From positions 1-24,131 of IMG/VR virus record IMGVR_UViG_3300008085_000125: a stretch of DNA of 24,131 bases. The stretch is one strand, 5' to 3'. Every line of letters begins with the position of its first letter. The first letter of the stretch is position 1. This stretch comes from a virus (lineage: Duplodnaviria > Caudoviricetes). Shown piece after piece: positions 8,781-16,674 of this stretch. The translations under genes and the position numbers were made by a program. The notes under the pieces are model-generated. The model ran no database searches. It was not told the origin of the DNA and saw only the letters and a program-made list of their open reading frames with translations.

Positions 8781-9937
8781 AATTTCATTGTATTATTTTT
8801 CGGTAAATTAATGTCGATAGAATAAACTACTTCTTTCTGCTTTAAATTTTTAGTGGTTATATTTTGATTCCCTATTTGTACTTCGATCCAGTCATTAAAT
8901 TTGTTTTTAGAAAACCTTTCGCCTGTGAACAAATAGACCTTAGGGCTTTGAAAAATACTTTTAAAGGTTTCGTTTTCTTTTGCGTTTAAAAAGTTTGTGG
9001 TTCCTGAAATCTTCGTTTGAGTATCAATCCCTAAAGATAGTAATGGAGAAGTTGTTTGGTCTAAATTAGAAAAATCATTTTCTAACTGGCCTATTAACTT
9101 TCTTTTATCTTCTTCAGAATAAATACAGGATAGCAGCCAATAAGTCCATCCACCTAAGTTGTTAAGCCATTTTAAATAAACTCCTTCTTCCGGTGTCATT
9201 TTCTCTACCTCTACTACAAAGTCATTTCCAATTAACAAGGGGTTTGTTCCATCGGTTAAAGGTAAAAATAATTCTAAAGTAATATCTGTTCTACCATCTG
9301 AGAAAACTAGTCTTGACAATTCAAAATTAAAAGGGAATGTAAAAGAAGCTGAATTACTTAAATTCGTTATTAGAGTGTTAGGGTTTAAAGAATTAGGCGT
9401 GTAAAAAGTTATGTCAAAAGGGTATCCCTCCCAATATTTCACAAATGCGGTGTTAAATTTATTTCCAGATATATCATAAGGATTTTTTTGATGTGGCAGT
9501 AATGCATTGTTTTTAAATGCAGCTGTATTGTATCTCTTAAAGTCTTGTAGCAGCAAAACCCCTCGTAGAAATTGCCAGGTTTTATACGCCGTCACTTGTC
9601 CTTCGTTTTCAAAAAACAAATCAAAACGGATAATCGGATTAAAATATCCTAATTGCCCATATACAAATGATGCTACGTTACTATTTAGTGATATATCTTT
9701 TAAGTCTTGAAAGTTATCTGTGTTTAAAAGAGAGGGGAGTATTTCTTTTAAGTTGAAATAAAACACTCCGTTTGGCTGTGGGTAGATTGTAAAAACATTG
9801 CCTAATATAGTAATATCTGTGTACGTTGGAGCTCCTAAATTAGAAGAAGAAATAGATAAGTCCGTCCATTCTATTATGTTGTTGTTATACACAAAATTAA
9901 TTTTGTTCGCCGGTAAATCTGTATTAAATACTATCAT
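8777..9937 (-). CDS. Distal tail (Dit-like) structural protein
   Basis: 386 aa in the tail block, ATGA-coupled on both sides. C-terminal YLKWLNNLGGWTYWL...SPKVYL...W.EV pattern resembles Bacteroidota phage tail proteins (inference). Confidence 0.5.
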   Translation of the reverse strand: MIVFNTDLPANKINFVYNNNIIEWTDLSISSSNLGAPTYTDITILGNVFTIYPQPNGVFYFNLKEILPSLLNTDNFQDLKDISLNSNVASFVYGQLGYFNPIIRFDLFFENEGQVTAYKTWQFLRGVLLLQDFKRYNTAAFKNNALLPHQKNPYDISGNKFNTAFVKYWEGYPFDITFYTPNSLNPNTLITNLSNSASFTFPFNFELSRLVFSDGRTDITLELFLPLTDGTNPLLIGNDFVVEVEKMTPEEGVYLKWLNNLGGWTYWLLSCIYSEEDKRKLIGQLENDFSNLDQTTSPLLSLGIDTQTKISGTTNFLNAKENETFKSIFQSPKVYLFTGERFSKNKFNDWIEVQIGNQNITTKNLKQKEVVYSIDINLPKNNTMKL

Positions 9938-10404
9938 GCTACTTCTTTTATTTGTTCTACTGCTTTCCCTATGAAGTCCAAAACATAGCCATCACCTACT
10001 TGTTTAATTATCTTATCTATGCGCTCAGGAGTTATAACCTCACTTACCAAGTCAACACCGCCATAATCTCTTCTGTCCCAACCCTCTCTACCTATTTTTC
10101 TTGCAATTAGAAAGGCCAATGAAGATATGGATATATTTCCTTCTATTTTATTTGCAATGCCTTTGTCTATAATCCATTGTTCTATGACTGAACTTGGAGG
10201 TTGCTTTCCAGGTAATCTACCATACTCTAATTGTTCAGCATATTTTTCTCCTAATAACTTCCCTGATGTTGCATCTGAATTTACTTCTAACTGCTCTATG
10301 AAATTACCACTGGCTCGCATCCCTTTTTTTTCATACAAGGATATTATCTCTTGTTTTAGTAGGTCAAATTCTTCTTGTAATATTTTAGCAGGATTAAAGC
10401 TCAT
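9934..10404 (-). CDS. Tail completion/neck protein (HK97 gp10-like, putative)
   Basis: 156 aa with ASG...L and YAEQLEYGR.PG..PP motifs, similar to gp10-like proteins. Confidence 0.5.
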   Translation of the reverse strand: MSFNPAKILQEEFDLLKQEIISLYEKKGMRASGNFIEQLEVNSDATSGKLLGEKYAEQLEYGRLPGKQPPSSVIEQWIIDKGIANKIEGNISISSLAFLIARKIGREGWDRRDYGGVDLVSEVITPERIDKIIKQVGDGYVLDFIGKAVEQIKEVA

Positions 10405-10831
10405 AATGACTAGGAATGTCTATCGTGTATCTAATTAAAATACCATCAAAATTTGTATCTAAAGCATCCGTAACATCTATGAAGTCCCATCGTATAACAT
10501 CTATATCCGTACAAAAGAAATCTTTATCTAACATTGTTGAGGCTAGAGAAATTAAAGGCTCGATGTTTCCTTCGTATTTTCCAACAGTTGCGTTGCTTAC
10601 TTCATTAAAAAACTTTTGGTCGAAATCTGCTTCAACGACCAAAAAGAAGCTGCCAGTGTATCTCTTTTTATTGTTTTCTGTTTTCTCCCCTTTCCTAAAG
10701 TCGTGTAAAAAGTAAATGGTATTGTTTTCTCCTTTTGCGGATAAAAGGTTTAGACAAGCCTTCCTTCCATAGTGATACTGCCATCCTTTGGATGTTGCAT
10801 AGCTTTCTAAAACACGTACTATATCGGTCAT
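10394..10831 (-). CDS. Putative tail terminator/connector protein
   Basis: 145 aa alpha/beta protein in the tail block. Called from size and context only. Confidence 0.35.
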   Translation of the reverse strand: MTDIVRVLESYATSKGWQYHYGRKACLNLLSAKGENNTIYFLHDFRKGEKTENNKKRYTGSFFLVVEADFDQKFFNEVSNATVGKYEGNIEPLISLASTMLDKDFFCTDIDVIRWDFIDVTDALDTNFDGILIRYTIDIPSHYEL

Positions 10832-11370
10832 TTCTTTTGTTTTAGGTTTTGATATTCTTTCGTTACTTCGTTTTTAGTTTTCACCAAAGATAATAAATAT
10901 ATAATATCTTTGTATTTTTTTTCTGATAAATCAAAAGGATACATTCCATACCTCTCCGCAAGGTCGTCTATTGGGCTAATAGACGCAAATGGTTTTAGCC
11001 TTGCTCCCCCGGCTCTTTCCCATAACGAAGAATCTGTATTGCTGCTATATAATAACTCTTGCTCTCGTTTACTAATGCTTATAAACGTTTCCTTGATATA
11101 GTTCATCGCTGAAAAATAAAGGCGTATTTTTTCATTCCAAAACACTTTTTCGTTTATCTCATAGATGGTGGTAAACAATTCTACTACTTTCTCCCAAGTA
11201 TTCATATCCTGAACCAAAGTAAAACAATATGCAACGGTGGAATAGGGTAAATCAATTATACTAACTGTTTTCCCTGCAAAGAAGTTTTCCGGAAGTAAAT
11301 TTCTTAAAACCACATCATATTCAACTGTGTCCTTCATCTGTGCGTATTGTTCTATGCTTATGTCTCTCAT
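10828..11370 (-). CDS. Putative tail assembly chaperone-like protein
   Basis: 180 aa, helical. The C-terminal IDDLAERYGMYPFDLSEKKYKDIIYLL resembles chaperone T-like segments (inference). Confidence 0.35.
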   Translation of the reverse strand: MRDISIEQYAQMKDTVEYDVVLRNLLPENFFAGKTVSIIDLPYSTVAYCFTLVQDMNTWEKVVELFTTIYEINEKVFWNEKIRLYFSAMNYIKETFISISKREQELLYSSNTDSSLWERAGGARLKPFASISPIDDLAERYGMYPFDLSEKKYKDIIYLLSLVKTKNEVTKEYQNLKQKK

Positions 11371-12563
11371 ACAATTAACCTTGTGTTTCTTTTTTTATTT
11401 TTGATTAACGGATATAAAGCATATCTAATGTCATCGATGTGGTGGTTGTTCTTGTCTAATATTACTGGCAGTATATCACCGCTTCTCTTGTCTATTTTAT
11501 AAGCATACAAATTAAACTCTTTGATAGTGTTCCTGCAATCGGGATGTATTATTATTTTCCTAAAGGAACGCATAAACTCCACGCCGTCCTCGATTTGTAG
11601 TTTTGGCTCGCCTATAATCTTATGGAACCCTTTTCTTTTTACGTGGCTTATACTTTCTGGTCTAGCATTATCGGCTCTTATTACATACCTTTCAAAGTCC
11701 GGTATTTCGCTTGAGATAAATGCAACGGTGTCATCTAATTCTAATCCTACTTTATTTGCCTCATATCTGATGTACAAACAATCACCATCTACATAAACAA
11801 CGTTAGCCGTTGTCGGGTCTTGACTAAACCCCCAGTCCAATCCTTGTAACCTTGTCCAAGTAATTGCAGGCTCAAAGAAGTCAACCTCATATTTCCCTTT
11901 AAATACTAAAGCATCTGACTTCTCATTGTAGGCTCCCTCCCATATATGGGCAAAGTCCTCGGGAGATAGTCTTATTCTATCCGCCTCCCTTTCATTTCTT
12001 AGTGTTTCCGGTAAAAAAGGATTTTCGTCTGAGTTTACATGAACCAAGACCATATCTTTAGTAATGTTTTGGAAGAACAAATCTACTGGATCGCTTGTTT
12101 TTTCAGGATTCCAGCTAAACCATATTTCAGAATCCTCCGCCCTTATGGTTGGTCGTAATAATTTCAGTGATTTTTTGGAAAGTGTTTGTGCTTCTTCAAC
12201 CCACGCTATATTAAAGCCTTCTAATGATTTTATACTATCAGCCGTATGGTCTTGCATGCCTTGGAATAAAATAACCCCTCTACCCTTATTGGCTCTTATC
12301 TCGCTTTGTGTAATGGTGAACAAATGGGATACGCCCATTGCTTCTATTTTTTCTTCTATCAATCTTTTAGCGGAGAATTTTAAAGATTTTTGTATCTCAC
12401 GAATACATACTGCTGAGGTGTTCGGATTGAATACTAATGCTTCAACTAATGCCTCTCCAAAAAAATGAGATTTTCCCGATCCCCTTCCTCCTTTTGCTCC
12501 TTTGTAGCGTTTTGGTGATAAAAGAGGCTTTGCCCATTTAGGAGTTACTATGTTTAGATTCAT
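11367..12563 (-). CDS. terL: Terminase large subunit (PBSX/SPP1-like)
   Basis: Walker A GGRGSGKS, Walker B AWVEEA, coupling motif SWNP, nuclease motifs GLDWG and NNHHIDDIRYA. Confidence 0.95.
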   Translation of the reverse strand: MNLNIVTPKWAKPLLSPKRYKGAKGGRGSGKSHFFGEALVEALVFNPNTSAVCIREIQKSLKFSAKRLIEEKIEAMGVSHLFTITQSEIRANKGRGVILFQGMQDHTADSIKSLEGFNIAWVEEAQTLSKKSLKLLRPTIRAEDSEIWFSWNPEKTSDPVDLFFQNITKDMVLVHVNSDENPFLPETLRNEREADRIRLSPEDFAHIWEGAYNEKSDALVFKGKYEVDFFEPAITWTRLQGLDWGFSQDPTTANVVYVDGDCLYIRYEANKVGLELDDTVAFISSEIPDFERYVIRADNARPESISHVKRKGFHKIIGEPKLQIEDGVEFMRSFRKIIIHPDCRNTIKEFNLYAYKIDKRSGDILPVILDKNNHHIDDIRYALYPLIKNKKRNTRLIV

Positions 12564-12918
12564 CTACAATAGTTCTCGTAATTGATGTTATTTCTTTCCC
12601 TTTAGAAGTGTGATCGATGTAAGATTGATTTAGTTTTTGATGTTCTTCGGGGGTTGCAATTAATCTATAAAGTGCTAGCAGTTCCGCTGCTTTCTCTGAC
12701 TTCCAAAGTTTAGCTCTAATACCAGATTTTGTTTTAATCTTATTTTCGTCTAAAAGTTCTTTAAGGGTGTCTAATTCGTCGGAATTAATTGGAAAGTGAT
12801 CATAGAATGTTTGCTTTGAACAAGGAATAAAGGCTACTATATCTTCTATAAAGAATAAGTTATTTTCTTCTATTGCCTTAATTGCTTGTTGATATAGATT
12901 TTCTGTTTTATACGCCAT
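12538..12918 (-). CDS. terS: Terminase small subunit
   Basis: 126 aa overlapping the terL start. N-terminal HTH-like segment (IEDIVAFIPCSKQTFYDHF) and C-terminal DHTSKGKEI...RTIVD. Confidence 0.75.
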   Translation of the reverse strand: MAYKTENLYQQAIKAIEENNLFFIEDIVAFIPCSKQTFYDHFPINSDELDTLKELLDENKIKTKSGIRAKLWKSEKAAELLALYRLIATPEEHQKLNQSYIDHTSKGKEITSITRTIVDESKHSNS

Positions 12919-13541
12919 TATTCGCTAATTTCGTTCATCCATTGTTTGTGAAACTCAAAAGATTGTTTATTGTTCTCATAAATATATTGCTCAATTCTTG
13001 CGTTATCACTCATATTCCCTGACCCTTCAAAAATATAATAATCATTTTTATCTGTCTTAATTGCCAATACTTTTGAATGATTGTGCGTATAAACGTGCTT
13101 ACAATTACCGTTTTTTTCGCAAAACCCCCTAAGTTTTATAGCCCATTTTTCAGGTTTTTTTGTTTGATTGAAAAAGTTTGAAATTACAAAGGTAGCTTTT
13201 TTAATTTTTCCGCTTTCAATAAAATCAATTATACTATCCACTGTTGGCTGGTTAATGCGGTAAATGGATAGGTACATTTCTTCAATTATTTCATCTTGCA
13301 AAACAACAAGCATTAAAGAGTAAGCATTAAACTGTTTTTCTGTTATAATCCTATATTGCTCGTTTTTTTTTGGTTTCGGTGCAATATCAGAAAGTGCTTT
13401 TGCTTTTTTATAATGGATTTCATTGTTTTTGATAATCCGCTTAATGGCTTTTTGCTTTATCTTTTCTTCCGAAGAAACTCGAACGCCGTCCTGCTTTTCT
13501 TCTTTTTTTTTCCAAATATTTTCAGAAGCCCAATTAGTCAT
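12918..13541 (-). CDS. Phospholipase D-like (HKD-variant) putative nuclease
   Basis: Motif HNHSKVLAI...YYIFEGSGNMS.NARIEQ matches the PLD HxK...GSxN signature. The start is probably ATG 13541 rather than the TTG at 13550. Confidence 0.7.
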   Translation of the reverse strand: MTNWASENIWKKKEEKQDGVRVSSEEKIKQKAIKRIIKNNEIHYKKAKALSDIAPKPKKNEQYRIITEKQFNAYSLMLVVLQDEIIEEMYLSIYRINQPTVDSIIDFIESGKIKKATFVISNFFNQTKKPEKWAIKLRGFCEKNGNCKHVYTHNHSKVLAIKTDKNDYYIFEGSGNMSDNARIEQYIYENNKQSFEFHKQWMNEISE

Positions 13542-13543
13542 AA

Positions 13544-13699
13544 TTACCAAAAGTAATTAAAAAAGCCAAACAAAACAAATATAATCCCGGAAATAAGAAA
13601 AAAGATTTGAATATTAGAATCTGTTTTCTTCTTTGTAAGCTCATAACTAGCTGATGTAATCAGTGCTGTACCTATCATAATCAAAGAGATGTGTATCAT
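13544..13699 (-). CDS. Small two-TM membrane protein
   Basis: From ATG 13699: MIHISLIMIGTALITSASYELTKKKTDSNIQIFFLISGIIFVLFGFFNYFW (51 aa), two hydrophobic helices with a basic loop. The longer track ORF overlaps the upstream gene. Confidence 0.55.
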   Translation of the reverse strand: MIHISLIMIGTALITSASYELTKKKTDSNIQIFFLISGIIFVLFGFFNYFW

Positions 13700-13718
13700 A
13701 ATGTTTTGTTTGTGTGGG

Positions 13719-13946
13719 TTATGAATAATCACTAGTGTCACCAAACAGCTCCTCTTCCAACCAATCAAACCATTCCTCTTTAAGCATATTCCAATCAATT
13801 TTATATGTTGCTAACTCTTTTGCTTTTCGTTGTCTATCAGTTATTAGTTTAGCCATATCCCACAACTTTTGGTTTGTTAAAGGTAGCGAACGCCTAACAG
13901 CCATATTCAATTGTGTGTCATTCAATTTTTGTTCTTCTGTTTTCAT
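13719..13946 (-). CDS. Hypothetical protein
   Basis: 75 aa, fits the operon, A-rich leader. Confidence 0.6.
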   Translation of the reverse strand: MKTEEQKLNDTQLNMAVRRSLPLTNQKLWDMAKLITDRQRKAKELATYKIDWNMLKEEWFDWLEEELFGDTSDYS

Positions 13947-13974
13947 AATTTCTCTATTTATTTTACTTTTCTGA

Positions 13975-14457
13975 TTAATTAATCCTATATTTTACTCCAA
14001 ACTTCCCTGACTGCCTTGCAAAAATATCTAAGTCGCCACGTCTTGCTATCTCTAAGTCAATGAACAACTCAATTTTAGAAGTTAGTAGATATGCTGTTTG
14101 GAAGTTCATTCCATAAGTCTTAGAACCTGCATTATAGTCTAAAATTCCATATCCTATTGAAGAAGTGAACGCTAGTCTGTCTATCCATTTATTGAAAGTA
14201 TAACCTATGTTCGCAGTATATCTGCGATAAGTGCCTCCTTTTAACTCTGCTATTTCAAATTCCGGTGCAAAGAAGAAGTACCCGGTTTCCGTTTGATTGC
14301 CCCTCCATTCTGATCTAATCGTTATGTCAATAGTTCCTGCGTCATTCCCTTTGTCATCACCAAAGAATAACAGTCTAGCATCTTGCGACACATTAATTGT
14401 AATTCCTTGGGCGAAGGATGTTGTGGTTAGTAATAAAAATAATAGTAGTGTTTTCAT
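13975..14457 (-). CDS. Secreted small outer-membrane beta-barrel-like protein
   Basis: Sec signal peptide MKTLLLFLLLTTTSFA|Q with Gln at +1. Alternating amphipathic strands (ANIGYTF, SSIGYG, FQTAYLL, IELFIDLE) and a C-terminal FGVKYRIN beta-signal-like strand. Confidence 0.75.
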   Translation of the reverse strand: MKTLLLFLLLTTTSFAQGITINVSQDARLLFFGDDKGNDAGTIDITIRSEWRGNQTETGYFFFAPEFEIAELKGGTYRRYTANIGYTFNKWIDRLAFTSSIGYGILDYNAGSKTYGMNFQTAYLLTSKIELFIDLEIARRGDLDIFARQSGKFGVKYRIN

Positions 14458-14491
14458 TGATTTTGTTTTTATACGTACGTTGTTTTTAATA

Positions 14492-15331
14492 CTAATAAAC
14501 TTCGCAGCTTTCTGAACATCCGTTTTTATCCTCTGTAAATAATTCTAATTGCCGTGCATCTAATTCAGCTATTTTAAAAATATCAACTGGTGATAAATTT
14601 CCCCTATAAAAATTAAAAGGCGGTTCTAAATCTGTTTCGCGCGGGTTTAAATTACCGTATTTATCAGTCATTTTTTGCCACCAATCAAAAGTGTTTGGGT
14701 TACTTCTAGCATTTCTTACTAGTCTTTTTATGTCTTTTTTCCAACAGTTATCACAATTTCCAAAGTCAGAATGTATTTTTAAATCAAAACTTTGTTCTTT
14801 CCACCACTGCAAAATTTCTTTCTTGTTTTTTGGATGCATTTTTACCAAGGGGTAAAGTATTTTTAATTTCTTGTAATTTTCATTTACACGGTCAATTTCA
14901 TCGGATCTTATTCCTATGGCCTTATAAAACCCTTTCCACCCTATAGATTTTAGAAAACTTTCAATCGCTTTTCGTTTTAATTGGTCAGAACAAAAAGGTG
15001 CATTTGTTGAAGGGATTCCCAATAAAGAAATCATTTCTTCAAAGGGTTCTCCATTACGGCTCGCTATTTCAAAATCAACTATTCTATGTTTAACGCTCCA
15101 TCCTTTTTTAGAATAACTTTTGCTGTGTGAGGCTTCAACCCATACAATCGGGATATTCCAATTAATTTCACATTCCCTAACAAATTCTAAAGTGCCTTCA
15201 ACCTCTTTTCCAGTGTTTGCAAAAACAGTTAATAATTCATATTCATCCTGTAAATTATCATAACACCATTTTAGCATATAAGCAGATGTTCTACCCCCTG
15301 AAAAACTTACTAACAATTTCTTTTTATCCAT
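14492..15331 (-). CDS. PAPS-reductase-family (PP-loop adenine nucleotide alpha hydrolase) protein with Cys clusters
   Basis: PP-loop VSFSGGRTS, then FANTGKE, FCSDQLK, GIRSDE, YPL, GNCDNCW and a terminal GCSESCE. Confidence 0.85.
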   Translation of the reverse strand: MDKKKLLVSFSGGRTSAYMLKWCYDNLQDEYELLTVFANTGKEVEGTLEFVRECEINWNIPIVWVEASHSKSYSKKGWSVKHRIVDFEIASRNGEPFEEMISLLGIPSTNAPFCSDQLKRKAIESFLKSIGWKGFYKAIGIRSDEIDRVNENYKKLKILYPLVKMHPKNKKEILQWWKEQSFDLKIHSDFGNCDNCWKKDIKRLVRNARSNPNTFDWWQKMTDKYGNLNPRETDLEPPFNFYRGNLSPVDIFKIAELDARQLELFTEDKNGCSESCEVY

Positions 15332-15365
15332 TATGTTTATTTTTTTTAATTAATCTAGGATAATT

Positions 15366-15400
15366 AAAAAGCCGCTTTTTTATCGGGGCGGCTTAACCCG
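15366..15400 (-). terminator. Intrinsic terminator / H-type pseudoknot-capable element
   Basis: Minus strand CGGG-TT-AAGCCGC-CCCG-ATAAAAAA-GCGGCTT-TTT: a 7-bp stem running into a U-tract just after the cassette A stop. Confidence 0.6.
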
Positions 15401-15408
15401 GTTAATAA

Positions 15409-15663
15409 TTAAAACAGAATATCTCGTTTAATAGTAACATATACGTTTAAGCCGTTAAACCTTTTTGCTTTTACTACTAATAGGTCGCTACTAAGTTCTT
15501 TCAATTCGCCATCAAGTGTGAATATACAAGAACGTTGTGCGTTATCAATAGCTTTAGCTTTAGATGTAAAGTACATATTTGATTCAACATATTCGTTTTC
15601 TTGAAAATATTGAGTAGTCAAAACCCATATAAATTTGTTTTTTTTAAGTGCTTGTGTTTTCAT
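15409..15663 (-). CDS. Hypothetical protein, cassette A (84 aa)
   Basis: True start is likely MKTQALKK at 15663, preceded by AATTTAAAACTAAAGATT. The track's N-terminal extension runs through the promoter. Confidence 0.7.
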   Translation of the reverse strand: MKTQALKKNKFIWVLTTQYFQENEYVESNMYFTSKAKAIDNAQRSCIFTLDGELKELSSDLLVVKAKRFNGLNVYVTIKRDILF

Positions 15664-15703
15664 AATCTTTAGTTTTAAATTGTTATTATTAATTATTACT
15701 ATA

Positions 15704-15766
15704 CAAATATAAAACAAATAAAACTAATACGCAAGTATTTTTTTAATTATTTTTAAAAAGTATTAT
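15704..15766 (-). promoter_or_regulatory. Bacteroidota sigma-70-type promoter, copy A
   Basis: TATATTTG at 15711-15704, CTTG (-33-like) at 15735-15732, and an A/T-tract upstream element. Confidence 0.75.
15725..15766. repeat. 42-bp direct repeat, copy A
   Basis: TAATACGCAAGTATTTTTTTAATTATTTTTAAAAAGTATTAT, 41/42 identical to 16696-16737. Confidence 0.9.
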
Positions 15767-15783
15767 ATTTTAAGTGGCTTTAC

Positions 15784-15815
15784 AAAAACAATCAAACTCG
15801 GTTGTGATTGTTTTT
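15784..15815 (-). terminator. Intrinsic terminator, probably bidirectional
   Basis: 11-bp inverted repeat AAAAACAATCA / TGATTGTTTTT right after the stop at 15816 and upstream of promoter A. Confidence 0.6.
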
Positions 15816-16049
15816 TTATTTTTTACGGTTTTTCTTTCGTTCTAATGCTTTTTTTAAAGTTTGTGGTTTTTCGTCCGAAACGAGTTTTAAAAATCTTTTT
15901 TTGTTAATTTTTTTATATTTTAATAACTGTTCTTCCAACCAATATACATAATCCTCCGAATAGTAAACACACCCAATAGCGGAAATATTACCGACATCAA
16001 ACCCAGATTCCTTTTTGTACTCTTCGTGTAATTCTATGCTGTAACTCAT
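15816..16049 (-). CDS. Hypothetical protein
   Basis: 77 aa, ATGA-coupled, contains YSEDYVYWLEEQL and a basic tail. Confidence 0.65.
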   Translation of the reverse strand: MSYSIELHEEYKKESGFDVGNISAIGCVYYSEDYVYWLEEQLLKYKKINKKRFLKLVSDEKPQTLKKALERKKNRKK

Positions 16050-16351
16050 AAGGCTGCTATCATATATTTTAATTCATCTAAAGCATTTAAATAGCTTTCT
16101 GTGGCGTTTTGTGCTTTTGCCGATAAAGTGGTTAACTTTCCGCCTCTTATTCCTGTACGGCTTCCTGTGTACCTAAATTCAGTGTCTGAATGATTAACCA
16201 TTGATTTATGTTTACGGTGTAAATCTATGGCTTTATCTTTTATTAAACGGCATTTTTCAACATCATCATATTTTGCCCACCATTCACGGAACTTTTCAGA
16301 AACATTATAATTAATATTTCCATTCTTTATTTGACTTACTTTTTTATCCAT
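16046..16351 (-). CDS. Hypothetical protein
   Basis: Probable start MDKKVSQIK at 16351, overlapping the stop of the upstream zinc-ribbon ORF (ATGGATAA). Confidence 0.65.
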   Translation of the reverse strand: MDKKVSQIKNGNINYNVSEKFREWWAKYDDVEKCRLIKDKAIDLHRKHKSMVNHSDTEFRYTGSRTGIRGGKLTTLSAKAQNATESYLNALDELKYMIAAL

Positions 16352-16517
16352 TGCAATTCGGGTTATCACATTTACGTTTTCCGAATAGTCTTAAAAATCC
16401 TGTTCTTGGTTTTGTGCTGCCACAATTATCACAAAAAAAAGTGGCTCCTGTTCTTAAGTAAACTGAAAGGGGGCGTTTTAATTCCCCCGGTTGTTTTAGT
16501 AAATTGTTCTTATACAT
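16344..16517 (-). CDS. Small zinc-ribbon-like protein (57 aa, below the ORF-track cutoff)
   Basis: Manual translation: MYKNNLLKQPGELKRPLSVYLRTGATFFCDNCGSTKPRTGFLRLFGKRKCDNPNCNG. It has CxxC...CxxxxC and fills an apparent gap. Confidence 0.55.
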   Translation of the reverse strand: MYKNNLLKQPGELKRPLSVYLRTGATFFCDNCGSTKPRTGFLRLFGKRKCDNPNCNG

Positions 16518-16651
16518 TCGCTTATTGATTTAACAGTATTGTAATTTTTAGAAGCATAATCAAAATGCGTGTTTACCATTTCGTTAACATCTTGTGGGTT
16601 GTTTCCTTTTTTTATTAGGTTTTCAGTTACTTTGTTTCTTAGAGTTGTCAT
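16496..16651 (-). CDS. Hypothetical protein, cassette B (51 aa)
   Basis: True start is likely MTTLRNKV at 16651, preceded by AATTTAAAACCTAAAGAT. Confidence 0.65.
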   Translation of the reverse strand: MTTLRNKVTENLIKKGNNPQDVNEMVNTHFDYASKNYNTVKSISECIRTIY

Positions 16652-16674
16652 ATCTTTAGGTTTTAAATTATAAG

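Noticed and set aside
10828-11370. Programmed -1 frameshift in the tail chaperone-like gene
   Set aside because: No convincing slippery heptamer with an overlapping downstream frame was seen. The next gene starts by ordinary ATGA coupling.
15664-15717. N-terminal extensions of track ORFs 15409-15717 and 16496-16705
   Set aside because: They run through the promoter boxes. The downstream ATGs at 15663 and 16651 share a conserved start context.
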